The notes beneath the pieces are model-generated. The model was not told the DNA's origin. It saw nothing but the letters and a program-made list of their open reading frames with translations, and made no database searches. From Oikopleura dioica (lineage: Eukaryota; Animalia; Chordata): a DNA stretch of 64,000 nt. The position numbers were made by a program, and so were the translations under genes. Below are positions 42,657 through 55,959 of the stretch, one piece after another; position 1 is the stretch's first letter; each line of letters starts with the position of its first letter. The DNA lies in the NCBI GenBank assembly GCA_907165135.1, contig OU015569.1, positions 11,904,001 through 11,968,000 of the forward strand, read 5' to 3'.

Positions 42657-43605
42657 CTAGACAGAGGTGACGGAGAGGTCGACAGAATCGTCGTTGGTCA
42701 GCACTCGCCGCTTGCAGAAGTCATACCACAAAATAACGACTGAAAACATATGTTAAAAAGGCTCTTTTCTCCGTCAACAAAGTGACAACCTTATCTTAAG
42801 GAAATATATTTAGAGTTGATTTACAACTTTGAGCTATTTTCGGACGGAATGATATAAGGGTGTCCCTGTCTTAACTCTAGAAATCATATTTAGTTCAAAT
42901 CTTCTTTTGGTCGAATAAAATAAGGGTGTCACTTTGTTTCATCTCGAAAAAAGCAGGGTTTTTTTACGACTTTTCCTTTGATAATTAGTAATTACAGTTG
43001 AACTTACTGAAGATGACTCCATAAAGGACGACGGAGACGACGCCGATTCCGATGGAAATCATCAGCCACTAGTTAAAACACAATTAGTTTTAAAGTAAAA
43101 CGGGTTGAATGAAACCTCTACCTTGTCATGAGTCATCGGGAAGATTGTCTACAATTTAAAATAGCTCTTCCTGAATGATAATGATAAGTACGATCTTCGA
43201 TTTATTTATATCAAAAATCGGCCCGACTAAGATGGTGGCAGAGAGCAAGCGTTACGAAATACAGCCACTTCGAATATTCAAATCAATTTAATTTTGAATT
43301 TTATAAGCTAGCTAAATGCCTATCAATCAACTACTATTCCGATATCAGATTTTCAAAGAATCAAAAAAACATACGAATATTTTTAAAAATCTTTTGGTGG
43401 AATGAAATAGGGGTGTCATTAGGTTAACTTTTGGAGAAAAACATTATCCTCTTTATCTTCATTTTTTCAAACAAAAGCCGCTTTTCTTGCAGAATTTTTG
43501 ACAGTCTGATTATTAATTATGTTCCCCGCCGTATGCATAATATAAAAGACAGTACTTAACCTCTTTCTGGTCTGAGAATTCAAACAGAAGGCGATAAGAG
43601 CTACA
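42657..43605 (-). CDS. Small membrane protein, only the 3' exons supported
   Basis: Phase-compatible GT-AG exons give TIFPMTHDK|WLMISIGIGVVSVVLYGVIF|IVILWYDFCKRR..SVTSV-stop (TAG 42657); upstream exons uncertain. Confidence 0.4.
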
Positions 43606-44621
43606 AAAAGAAAAAATTATGAATTTTATGAAAATGTTCGCCCCGCTGAGTGTTGTCCCACGTACGTACTAAACCCTCTCTTTTTCAAGCGCTTTACAAG
43701 CGTTTTTTCAGCAAAGAACATGCACTCCTATCACCCAGAGAAATATAGAGTCAGGAATGGATGAAAGAAAAATCGAAATTCTTCTTCTTGAAATCATCGA
43801 ATTTCCATCCTTTTCGAAGCCAGTCAGCTAGGCAGCAATTAATTCAGGACTTCAAAAAGCTCAATAACTTCAGGAAAGAGGTTTTTAAAAAATAATTAGC
43901 TAATATTGAAAAATTCTAGTGATAAAAATTCAAAAATTTTAATTTCAAAATGATAAATAACGATTTATCTTCGTAAAATAGAATATCATTTTTAGATAAG
44001 ATTATTTATTATCAATACAGCAATAATTAGACTGAAGAGGGGGCAATAAACGAGAGTTATTAAAAGGTAAAGATGTAGAAACAAGGGATTTATGTAACGA
44101 GTTGACGCATATAAGCAAGAGCTTACATTCAATTATCAAATTGAAGCCTCTTGCAAAGACGATCTTTGAACTGCGCAAAATTTGATTCGCCAAAAATGTA
44201 AAAATAAAACTACACTTGTAAGAAACTGAATGACCCTCCTCTCTGTTCTAGTTTGACACATGTTCCGATAAATGGAAGATCTATTGCTCGAATCAATTAA
44301 TTTTTCGTGTAAATTTTTTTGATGACAGAAATAAGGGTTTCATTATGTAAAAATCGCAAAAATAACCTTATTATTTGAAGTAATTCATTTCCGATCAGAA
44401 TAAATTGTTCATTTTCGGACACATTAAGCTGCATGATCCAAGAATTATCCACAGCTAATTAGAACTTTTATCCGAAATAATTATTTCGAGAATTGCTTCG
44501 AATTATGTGATTAAATGTAAAATATAACGAAATGTCAACTTATCCAATCTTGTTATAAAAAAGTTAAAATAGGGAATATTCGGGTGGTTTTCTCAAGTTT
44601 GGGGATGAATGGGGGACACAG

Positions 44622-44665
44622 TGGCCTCTGATTGGCTAAAACAATCTATACTGGCCTCTTATTGG
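44622..44665 (-). promoter_or_regulatory. Paired CCAAT module with 30-bp spacing
   Basis: tggcctctgattggct and tggcctcttattggct; shares a 17-bp exact match with 58910-58926. Confidence 0.4.
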
Positions 44666-46554
44666 CTGAAATCTTCAATAAAAGCATTCAGAAGTAATAT
44701 CCGTATTTTATAATTTTGAGTAATAATGATTGACAGCGGCACGAGCTGCATAATTATCATATTATTGGAAACAAACCCACGGGAGTGGATTCGTTTATGA
44801 ATAAAATTCAGGATTAGGATAATCCAAATTGAGCTGAATTCGAAGCATTACCGTACAAGCCCCCTTCCGAAAATTCCAGATTATAATTCTCCTATTTATA
44901 ATGAAAGAAATTGCCAGTTGAACTTAGTGATTACAGACATTTGAAAGATAGAGTTTGGGGATTTCTATTGATGATTAAAAAAAAGCAAAAATAATCAAAT
45001 TTTTGAATACAATTTCAATTGAGCCCAAAGAGTACTATTCTCTCTGTCTATTGAGTCTAAGCTGATTGACGCGGAAATTATGGTAATCAAGGAATTATCT
45101 CCCATAGACACATGAAACTTTTTTGAAGCCACACCTTGAGTTTTCTGAATTAATTACACTTAATTAAATATAATTAGTTGGGATTGGAAGAATATTAAAT
45201 AACACCGTTTTACCGACATTTTACAAAGCCGGTAGATTTCCGTAAATTTATAAAATAACCGCCTGGTTGCTTCTTCGTTTCTATTGAATTCTGTCAAGAA
45301 AATCAACCCAAATGAAGCATTGAACGCATTGTAGACATTTGTTTTACAACCTGTAATTGTACTTTAACAAATGGATGTTATAATACTTTTTACGGTCTGA
45401 AAATAGAAGATAAAATCTTCCTTATCTATTATTTTTAGAAAAAGAACTAAAAACAAGATAATTCATACCTATCGTCCCCGAGTAATTTCATCTAAATTAA
45501 ACTAAATAAATATCAAATTAAATTTATTTTAAGATCCTCCTTCCCCCACGTTTTCTAAAAAAACAGTAGATTGTTGAATCAGCAGCTAAGAAATAAAATT
45601 CGGAATAAACAATGTTGCCTGCAGTTATTTTCTGTTTTCCATCTGCAAGCCTGCATAAAAACAGAACCAACACGGAAACAGGAAATTGAAGTTTCCTGTT
45701 TCTTGGATAATTTCTTTCGATTTTAAACTTTTTTTATTATTTGTTGTTGGCAAGAGTGCTCATTTTAGGCGGTAAATGGAGATTTATTAAATGAAAAGAT
45801 ACGAATTCGATTCGAAAAAGTACTGTATAAACAAGAATACAGAACTGTGGGCTCTTCGCGAACGCCGAGTTGGGATTTGTACAATTGATGCTTTTTTGTT
45901 GAAAAAAAAACGGGAATCTTGGCAGAAATTTTCAGAAAAAAAAATACATAAAAGATAAAAAGCATGGATTCGTTTTCAAAAGGGAGGAGAAAAAATAGGG
46001 AAAAAATTATTGAACTGCTGAGTTAAATATTAAAAACTGCATCATCTAGGCAGGTAGACTTAAATTGGTGCCAACTTCCTCCTTCTCGCGTTTAGCAAAT
46101 AACAATAAATAATAATAAAACAACAAGTTGATTGATGAAACGGAACGTACTTGAACTGGCTTCGTCAGTGTCACGTGACGCCATTTCTAGTCAAAAATGG
46201 TCGTGACGGGTGAGAATAGTAGAAACATCGGACTTTGGACAGGAAGGGTTGAAATTTTATAAAGCGATTTTTATTTGTGTCTTTTCCGCGAATTCGGAAT
46301 AAATTTGGGTTTTTATTTTCGTGTTTTTGAGCCTCCCAGTAATTCAAATTCAAAATTCTCACAATCGCTAGAAGAGGAGGAGGATCAACTAAGAGACTAG
46401 CGCATTTTTGAACTGTAAGAAATCAAGACAAAAAAACAGTGACAGTCGAGAGTAAAAAGAGAGTAAAGAAGAGAGAAAGTAAAGAGGAGATTTTTATTTA
46501 CATTGTGCGCGGTTGTTCATTTTTTGCAAAAGAAGCGAAAGAAAAAGGTCGCTT

Positions 46555-48354
46555 TTACCATTCGCCGTCGCCGCTGGCTTTTTGGAAGACGAAGTCGCGC
46601 CCGTGCAGGTGCATGATCCCGTCTTTGAGGCAGAAGCGCCACTTGTTCTTGACGCGCTGGATTTTGTCGTACTGGCACACTATTTGGTTGTCTGAAATGT
46701 GCTGCTTGAAATCAAGGAGGAAAAACGCGCTCAGACCTGTTTCGAAAATTGCGTCGTCGTCGTCCGCCCCGTCCAAATCATCGTCGGAGCCGAGTGGGTT
46801 TTCCGCCTCGGCCGGCTCGCTGTTTTGGATCTCCTCGGTTTCCTCGTCGCTATCTTCTAAGCTCGAGTCGCTGTCGAATTCGTCGTCGCCCAGTGGACCG
46901 TCCGTCTTCAAGTTCAAGAGTTAGGAAGAAAAACTACAGCTACAGAGGCTTCCACCGACAACGACCTTCCATCATCGAGCGGCTGATTGACCTGGAGATG
47001 TAAAGAAAGTTCTGGACCAATCAATAGCTCGATGAAGAGTTTCGTTATCAAGGGAACCAACAGTAGAAAAGCAGAATGATAAAGTTAACCTGTGAAAAGT
47101 AGATATTGTTCTGGCTGGCTGAGCTGGAGTACGCCGATTCGACTCCGTATTCGTTTGAGCTGTAACTGTCGTTCAGATTCGACTGCTGTTCGTGGCTGCT
47201 TAGCTGAACGGACTGCTGCCCGTTCATGCTCTGTAACTGTCCCCCTGCCTGTTGATTACTCTGCGCTTGTCCTCGATGCTGGGCCATCTGAGCCTCGTTT
47301 TTCTGGGCGATTTGGTTGGAATATAGCGGCATCCGTCTGTTTCCGCTGATTACTGTTTGCGTGTTCTGTTTTATCACTGCCTGTCGCTGATTCTGGCCGC
47401 CAGAGGTAGGGCTGATATTCACTGGCGCTGTTGAGTGAACTACTCCTCCTGTTCGCGCTTGTCCGTACGGTTTCTTGAAAGAAAAAAAATGGGTGAAAAA
47501 GAACAGTTGTTGACTTTCTTACCGGGTTTGGCCGGACCGCTCTATTGACAGTACTGCTAGAAATAGTTTGATACTTTTGCTGAATCACTCCTGCACTGTT
47601 ATTTGAAGGGATTTGAATGAAACGTCGCGTCGAATCTGAAAAGGAAAGAATTAGGGGATCTCATACTTTTCAGATTTTACAAAAAACTAAGTATACCGAA
47701 AATCCGCCAAACTTACTTCCAATTTGTTTATCTCCGCTCGTGAAATTCGTAAATCTAGGTTTCTGATTGGGAAAGCGGCTGTTTTGGCTAGTCGAGTTGA
47801 CGATCGTCGTTCTCTCGGGATAAACGACTCCATCTGGTTTTTTGTAAACTGGATGCCTTCCCGGCAGCGTTAGATTGTTCCTTCCTTTTGGTCCGACGTA
47901 GACGACATTGCTTCCTCCGTGCTTAATATAATTATTGAAATTTCTTGAAAATCGAGAGTGCCTAAGATAGGGTCATAAATGAGTTTAAAAAGAGCCGCGT
48001 GGCGGCTTTCTGAAAAATAACTATCTCTATATTTTTTACCGAAATTTTAGCGAAGGAAAACGTAAGTTAGAGTTCGGGTTGGATTGGTTAAGTAAGGTTT
48101 TTTATACAGGTAGCAAGAGAGTGACTAACCGAGTCTGAAACGTTTTTGTTGATGGCGGTGACAGCTGAAGACGTAAGTGTTCTCGTCGCGCCCGTGTCCT
48201 CGAGCTTCTTGAGCCAGAGTTTGTTCAAGTCCTCGAGCACGGATTCATCGATCGACTCGTTCATGAAGTCGTCGCGCACCGAACTGATCACATCCTTGAT
48301 GATGTCGTTGTACAGCTTCGGCACGGCATTGTGCGTCGCGTTTTTCGACGCCAT
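46555..48354 (-). CDS. GTF2A1: TFIIA large subunit (alpha/beta precursor)
   Basis: VPKLYNDIIKDVISSVRDDF..VLEDLNKLWLKKL; acidic linker; IVCQYDKIQRVKNKWRFCLKDGIM..GRDFVFQKASGDGEW-stop. Confidence 0.95.
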
Positions 48355-48385
48355 TCTGAAACAAAAAAGATGTCAAACTTTTTTC

Positions 48386-49513
48386 TCAAAGCTGGATTGC
48401 GGCGATACGCGATATCTCTGCAGCTATTTCTGGATTCTCTTCAATAAATTTTTCGGACAGGTCTCGGATGGTCACGCACAAACGGCGAGAAGTTATATGT
48501 TCTGCCTGGAAAACAGAGTTGGCCAATTGCCAGTTAATTCTACACATCGTAAAATATAGCTGTACAAAATATACCGTGGAGGCAACGAAAATACACCTCT
48601 TCCTGAATTCGGGCATTGTCGAAATATTTGAAAATTGTTTTTTTTGTAGAGCTATATTTTACGATGTGTAGAATTAGCAATCGATACATATCGTTCCTTC
48701 TTTGAAATGACTAACTCTGGCTTGATACTGTGCTTGAGCTTGTGGCGACTGTCGCCGGAGAGGACGAGCAGCGAGCGGGCAGGAATCGGGACGGGGATTT
48801 CAACGAGACGCCCTGGCGAGACTTGACGAGACAGAGTCATAACACTATCGCTCAGCAAAGACAGAGACATGATACATTCGCCCTTTCACTGAGGATACAA
48901 CTAGCGCTTTCAATTAATTGAAATTCACGATCGAAATTCGGAATCGCTGCACCCTAACCAAAGCCAGTTGTCGTCGAAATGGGGATCGATGTGAGCGCCT
49001 TTCGTAGGCTCGTACTCTAGAAACAAGCACTCCACGGGCGCGTAGTTCTTCAGAATCGGATGTAGTCTGTTTATTCTCTCGTATAGCGGAAACATACAAC
49101 TGGGCATCCCCGAGAACGAGCCGAGCTTCGCCTTCTTTTTCTTAAAATTGGCTTTCGGCCCAAAGTCTTGCTTCCTTCTCCCGGACTGCGAGTTCACCCA
49201 TTTGCTTCCATCATCAGAGTCCATTACCGAGGCGAGTTGTTTCTCTTCTTCGCGGGTTAGAAAATCGGGGAAAACAAAAGCACCGATTTTGGATAACTCA
49301 TCGCTGCTCATCAAATTAACTTCTACAGTTACATCTGTTTCCTCCGGCTTCTTCGCGCTAGCTAGGCAGTAATTAGCAACTCATTGTTTCACAAGATATT
49401 GAAAACAAGGAATGTTTTTACCGAGAAATGCGTTCTTTCGTGCTCTCTAGCTCGCAACAATCCATACAACTTCGAATGCCCGTGCACGCACATACAGTCA
49501 CTCCCTCTGTCAT
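48386..49513 (-). CDS. ALKBH4: AlkB-family 2OG-Fe(II) dioxygenase ALKBH4
   Basis: N-terminal CACTGIRSCMDC; SQSGRRKQDFGPKANFKKKK; LEYEPTKGAHIDPHFDDNWLW (HxD); SRHKLKHSI; RRLCVTIRDL. Confidence 0.92.
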
Positions 49514-49760
49514 TCACTTTTCTTATCTCTGATATAAGCTTTTAACATTATAAATTTTATGAATAGTTATTTGACCAATTATTGCACAAACGAAAGAATA
49601 AGTATGAACTTTAAAAGGCGATAAATACTTTTTTGCACGAAAAAAATAAAAAGAGTTCAAGTAGAGAAACAATAGTTTATACCAGTTACAGTAGTATTTG
49701 ATGAAGATATTGTTTGAAGAGTGAAATGAGGATTTAAACGACATGTAAAATTCATGTTTT

Positions 49761-51309
49761 TTAGGAAGATTCGACGATATCGCCCGGGATGCGGCAATAA
49801 ACGTAAGGGTAGTAGTCGCCTGAGTCGAATTTTAGACCTACGTCTCCGTCGTTTGCCGTGTTGCTGAAATTGGCGGAATCCAGCTCCGAGTAAATCTGAA
49901 ACAAAGAATTGAGAATTGGGAACGAAGACGCAACATTATATGATAAGGGTATCACTCTGCTGTCTTTCTACGCTCTGCCGTACCTTATTTAATCGCTCAC
50001 GGAGCTTTCTGGGCTTGGCAGGGATAAGTACAGCGGCTCGGAAATTCACAGGCAGACCATATCTCAAAACGCTTTCGACGAAAATCCTCAACGCCTAAAA
50101 ATTAGGATGATGCTCTTTTTCCTCGAAAAGAAATCCGCACCTTGATATGGAGCCAGGCAGAAAAGGCCTCGCTAAAGTTGACCTTCAGCCATTTGAACAA
50201 AACTGGATAGGTCTTTGATTTTTCAGTAGATAGAGTCGTCTGTTGCTCTTTTTCGTTCTTGATGTCGGCGGCTGAGTAGTTGAACTCGCGCACGATGTAT
50301 TTTCGCTTTGAGCACTCGTTTTTAAACTCAGCCACGGCGCGTCTGAACAGCTAAAAAGAGCATACCGAAATTTATATAAAGTAAGGACTTACAGTCACTG
50401 AGAAGATGCAGTATTCGTTGTCGCCGACGATCTTCTTTGACGACCTGGGCACGATCATGTCGGTCAGCGTTTCGTATCCCTTGAGCCATTCTTCTTCGCA
50501 ACGAGCGGGCAAGGCGACGAACAAGGTTTCCAGATACTCGCTGGCCTGGACCAAATCCGCCTGCTGAAGAGAAATCGTTTAAAATCATCATAAACGTATC
50601 GATTAAAGTGTACCTTTACAACATCAGAAAGAGGCCTCGTGACGAGCGAGGCATTGGAACGCTTTTCAAACTGAGACAGTTGGCTTCTGATGCCGTTGTA
50701 GTGCGCGCTTTTCTTCTTTACCGCAGTGTCGATTTCGCTCAAAGCCCGGTTGATCACACCGAGCAGTTGTGGCAGTGCGACGCGAGAGGGGAACTTTGCT
50801 GCGTCCCACTTGAACTTCGTCACCCACACTACAAATCAAGGATGTTAGCAACCAGGATTTTTGATCAATAATTTTGTTAAAAATCGTATCTACAAAGCCA
50901 CTACTTTTGTCAACGTAAAACCCTAACCCTTAGCTGGCCAATCCTAACCTAACCCTAGGCCTCAGTTAATCCACAAAGCTCCTTCTATATTCTACGAACT
51001 TTTCAAAAAGAAAAAAAACAACTCACTGTTCGCCGAATCTTTTCCATTGTTCATCCTCAAGTGTTCGGACGCCTGGGCTCTGTCCCCATCGAGAATGTCG
51101 AGCATACAGCCGGATACTTTTCGACAAACAGATTCGCCGAAGGCATCCGCCTTGGAAAGTTCATCGCTCAGCTGGATGAGTTGATCGAGCGTGCCGACCT
51201 TTAGCTCGGGCAGTTTCATCTCCGCCTTCATCGCGCACAAGTCGCCCGGGAGCGTGTTCATTTGATTGTACTGCTCGCCCGGCACGGAGACAAGCCACAG
51301 TTCTGACAT
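49761..51309 (-). CDS. ATP6V1C1: V-type H+-ATPase V1 subunit C
   Basis: [86 protein letters not shown]. Confidence 0.95.
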
Positions 51310-51521
51310 TTCTTTTCTATTCTGAAAAGATGCCGTGTAAAAATCAACCTTTTAGCTTTTTTTCATGGTTCGAAATTGAACTTGATTATTTTTAGTTTGT
51401 TTGTGACGCAGTGGTTTATAGCTGTTCCGTTGTGAAGTGATAATTGAAAACTAGTCAGTCAAAAATAGAAAAAAAAAATAGTAAAATGTGCCTAGAATTG
51501 AATCTTCTTCATTTCAATTTT

Positions 51522-53885
51522 TCATGTTTTGAAATCGGTGAAGACGCTCAAGAGATCGAGGCCAGCAGGGCCAAGGGAGACGCCAGCGATTTCGCCGTGA
51601 TTTTCTTTGTTCAGCATGTAAAGAAGCAACAAAATGCTCTGGAGGGGATTGTATCGCCCAGCTGGGAACTGAAAAAGGGTTGGTGGTGGTATGAAAGCAA
51701 GTGAAAAAGTAACCTCTTTGACTTGATACTCGATCTCGCTGTTTCGTAGCTTTTCTTGGTCCAGGTGCTGGACATAATACTCTGGCGGGTCTTCTGAAAA
51801 TTCGACGATCGAGACTGGAACTCGGACCGCCACGGGAAAGGCCACTTTTTTCTTCGAGTTGGGATTAATCCGCATGTCCTGCTTTCGTTTCACTGAAGGT
51901 CTAATAACAATTGGAACGGAATGAAAAGGTATTACCGAGAGACTTTGCTCGAAGAAGGAATCTGTCTGTGAAAGCTCTAGCGTCTACCCCGGCGGAGGGA
52001 TCTGGAGGCATGTGATTGTCCATCCAGCAGGAGAAGATGTGCATCAGAATCGCCGTGTCAGTTGGAAATTGCCTTGAAAGAGGGAAAAAATGTTATTTGA
52101 GGATGAAGTTGGTGAACCTTACTTTGCCCACTTCTGACCGTTGTAGTCTTCGCCACCGTTCCAAATGTAGCTGGAGAGATAGCCCTCTTGGGCGAGTGTC
52201 CGGAGACGTTTGACGAAATAGCCATGGTTGGATCCGACCTCCAAGTAGGGGATAATGCGCCGGATGTCCTGACTCAATTGAGGATTGGAAACCATTTGGA
52301 GATCCGAAATCGATGTTTTGCCGATTTGAACGTCGGGGAGGACAGCTGAAGCTTAGAATTAGGACAGCAATATTTAACAATCCTGCTTTTTCGTTTGCAC
52401 GAAAGTAGGTTATCGTTAGATCGTAAGAAGGACGTACAAACATACTTGCAAATATCCAACTTAGACTTTAATGCAGTTTATACAAAAAGTAGCGCTCTTG
52501 GGTGATTTTGACTGTATAAAAAGTGAAATTGCAGTCAGTCTCCACGAAAAATAATGCTACAGCACGATTTATCATTTTAGTTATAAGTAAAAGATCCTGT
52601 CGAAAATATGATCCACTCTGGCCCAGAAATTGTTTAATGAAACTTATAAACAAGTTTGCTCTACAGCAATGGAACTAGACTGTTATTTTTTTTGTCATTT
52701 TTAATAAATAATCATTGTGAAAAAGCTTCTTCAGTGTATGTCTTATAGGTTCCCAGGGAGGATCCCCCTTTAGTTTCTTTACTAACCCTTGAGCTCGTTG
52801 TTGACCCTGTCAATTTCTTTGGAAAGCGGGTTGACTATGCATCGCCAGAGGACGGCGCGGAGGTTGAGTTGCCAGTTGTTCAATTCGCGGTTAGTGACGC
52901 CCAGCTGAATCCAAGCATTGGTCGAGGTCTCTTCGACGCCAGTGGTGTCGAACGGAAGATGAGGATTCGCTGGCTTGGATGGAGGCGTCTTTGACAGTTG
53001 GAACTTGAACTTGTTCGGGTAGTCGGAGAAGCGAATCGGAGACTGCCACACCTACAATTTTGATAATTTAGCAACGCTGATTTTGAATCAGTTTTTTACC
53101 TCTTTTGGTGGGCAAATCAAGGTCGATTTGTTATCCGGGCCGACAAAGGATTGGAGGTATTCTTCGAGGTCTTTTTCGGTGTTGATTGGCCTAAGAAAGA
53201 GAAGTTAGTTCGTCAGTGAGAAAAAAAAGTAGTGATGCCAACTTTTGTGGTGACTTGATGCGGTGGCGGAGTGACGAGTTGAGCGATGCCGGCGAGCGGC
53301 TCTCCCGTTTGTTCGGATCGTTGCGCTTGAGACACGCGGCGATGGCTCTTGTGTGATCGCGAAGGTTGATCTCCGGCGCCTGAACAACGTTAGAGAGATA
53401 TCGTTTCCTATTTGAGAGCTTCCTGTAAAGAGGAAAGAAAAGCGGCTAGTAATGAAGGTAATTATTTCTTACAATGATGGCCGGCTGAGGCAGCTCTTCT
53501 TTTTGTTCTTTCTTTGGCGACGATTGCGGCGGCTTTGGAATTCCAAGAGAAATGACAACCATGATTTCTGAGACGAAGAAAATGCCGAAGAGCCCGGCGA
53601 TGTAGAGACTCAGCCGGTCCCAGTAGCCATTCAGGAAGCTGAAAGTGGAAGGTAAAATGGAGAAGTTTCCAAAAAAAAGAGGAAAAAGAGAAGATTTTTA
53701 TGTCTTTCTCTTCTTTTTTGTTTGAAGAAGTTGTTGTTTGAAAAGTCTAACCTGGCAAAAACGAGCGACAAGACGACAATGAATCCATAAAGTGCGATGC
53801 GGAGCACACACAAAACCAGCTTCGTGCTCTCCTGCTGTTTGAGTTTCTGACTTGCTTCGTTCGCGAAACGGCGGCTCATGATCAT
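51522..53885 (-). CDS. TMEM209: TMEM209 nuclear-envelope protein
   Basis: Two N-terminal TMs; NWQLNLRAVLWRCIVNPLSKEIDRV; RLRTLAQEGYLSSYIWNGGEDYNGQKW; GRYNPLQSILLLLY..GEIAGVSLGPAGLDLLSVF, which match recalled TMEM209 motifs. Confidence 0.8.
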
Positions 53886-54745
53886 CGTTGCATTCTGAAC
53901 ATTCAACAATTAAGAAAAAATGACCATCAAAGAAGAATTAAGAATCGGGCGGGATAACAAGCGCGGGACAAAAGGAGAGCGCGTCCGAATTACAATCAGA
54001 AGACAATACAATTAAAAAAGAGTGATCGAGGAAGACTTGAGTGGCGATTTTCTTTCATGTTTGACAAAAGCTCAAATTTATTTTTTGCGAATGATTACGA
54101 AATTAGCAAACAATTCCGCGTTTCGCGCTTCTGGCCATCGAGCAATTATAAACAGTAAATCTATTCAGATACGGTGCCCGATTTAAATCGATTCGTGCGT
54201 TTTGCTTCTTTCTGATAAAATGCGAGCCTGAGGTAAGAGGAAAAAATAATATCATAATTGGAAAATGAATTACTGGAATTATTTCTGACGGGAAAAATAA
54301 CGTATTTGGAACTCAAAATTATTACACAAAAATATGAATACCCTCGGTCAGGCATCATATTTTCTACAAGCTAATTTTGAAAAATATTTTTTTGGAAAAT
54401 ATCTTTCAAAATATTGCTAAATTCGGCAGGTTTTAGGTCTTTTTCATTAGAAAATTATGGAAAAATGACCAAAAATGTCTCAAACTAACAAAGTTTTGTA
54501 AGATGGTGTTCGTAAAAAAGTGTATTTCAAAATGAGCTTGTAGAATGTGTTTGGTTGAGGGTATACATATATTTTTGGATATTATTTTGTTGGGCGTTCC
54601 AATATCCCCGCCCAGGGCAAACTCACTGATGCGGGGATGGACGCAACGCTGACCCAAAAAGGGCGATAGCGCTATTCCATGATTGCAATTAATTGATTTG
54701 CAAGAGAACGAACTATAGAGCAATTAATGAAGCAACTGTAGGTGC

Positions 54746-55857
54746 ATGTGCTACGCAATGGCCATATGGGTATCATTCGTCAGCGGTGTTCGGCGATTTG
54801 CCTGTTGCTCAGGGGACAAAGGGAAAAGAAGACAGAAGTACAACGGTAATCAGAATTTTAGCAGGCTTTTCTTCTTAATTTAACAATTGGATACCCTTAT
54901 TTTTTCGACGTAAAGTGTTCTTTTGCAAGAAACCCTTCCCAACGACCGATATTTTTTTTTTGCCGATCTCTCCTAAATTCTTGGTTCAGAGAAAAATGAA
55001 ATAAACAACAACGAGCTCGAAGAACTCGAGGCGTCAAATGCAGAGGCTCGCCGACTCCTGGACGAAGAAAAGCAACTGCTTCAAGAACAACTCAACGCAG
55101 CGAATGCGCGAATCGCTGAGCTAGAATCTCAGGCCGCCGAAGCTCCTCCCCTTCCTCAAACTTTTGCTGCTTCTACTCCTAAAGGTACCTTTTTAAAATA
55201 CTTTCGAAATACAAAAATTGGCCTTTAGAAACGCGCGTTCGAATTGAAAAAGACGAAAAGAATGAACATGCTCCCCAAAGTCCCGAAGCAGCTCCTGTTG
55301 TAGAAAAACTCGACCTTGAGGAAAGCAACATTTACGCCGAGTGCGAATCGCTCCAGTGGGTCGTTGAAAACCTCAGGGACGAGCTTGCTACTTTACGGAC
55401 GAAAATGAACGAGTCGATTCTTAGGGAAGAGGCAAGCAGTAGTAAGTCATTTAATAAAAGCTTCAGTAACAACAGTCATGGTTCCAATTTCGTCTGAGCG
55501 AGCGGAGTTATGAATAAAGTTCGAGCGCAAGTCCCTCTCTAGGCCCTCTCTAGTCTTATTAGTTACTCCGGTCGCTCAGCGAAAATTGGCATTTAAAACT
55601 ATTACACATTCGTAAAAAGCCCACTTAATTATGAGGTTGCGGTAAATAACAAATTTTCTCAAGGGGAAGTCTCAAAACTCGCCTCTGAGCTGCAGAAGTC
55701 GATGGAAACGAGCGAGCGCTTCAACGACACGCGCTCGCATTGCAACGACCTCCAGCGCGAGTTGAACGAGAGCGAGCAAAAAATTCTAGAGCTCGAAAGA
55801 GCCAACGAAAAACTCTCCCAAAAAATCGAGCAGCTTGAGTACAAACAGTCTTTGTAA
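54746..55857 (+). CDS. Coiled-coil protein with a short hydrophobic, Cys-containing N-terminus, 4 exons
   Basis: MCYAMAIWVSFVSGVRRFACC..KYN|EKNEINNNELEELEA.. in compatible phase; heptad-rich exons end at TAA 55857. Confidence 0.55.
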
Positions 55858-55959
55858 AGTTGTGTTTCTTTTTAACGTTTTATTTAATAAGAATATATCC
55901 TGCCCAGCCAACGAAAAATACATTTCAATAAACTTAAAATCACAATCAAACAGTTACAG

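Noticed and set aside
43900-46200. Hidden ncRNA or gene in the AT-rich gap
   Set aside because: No tRNA, snRNA or rRNA hallmark and no coherent exon chain seen; only scattered repeat fragments and the CCAAT pair.
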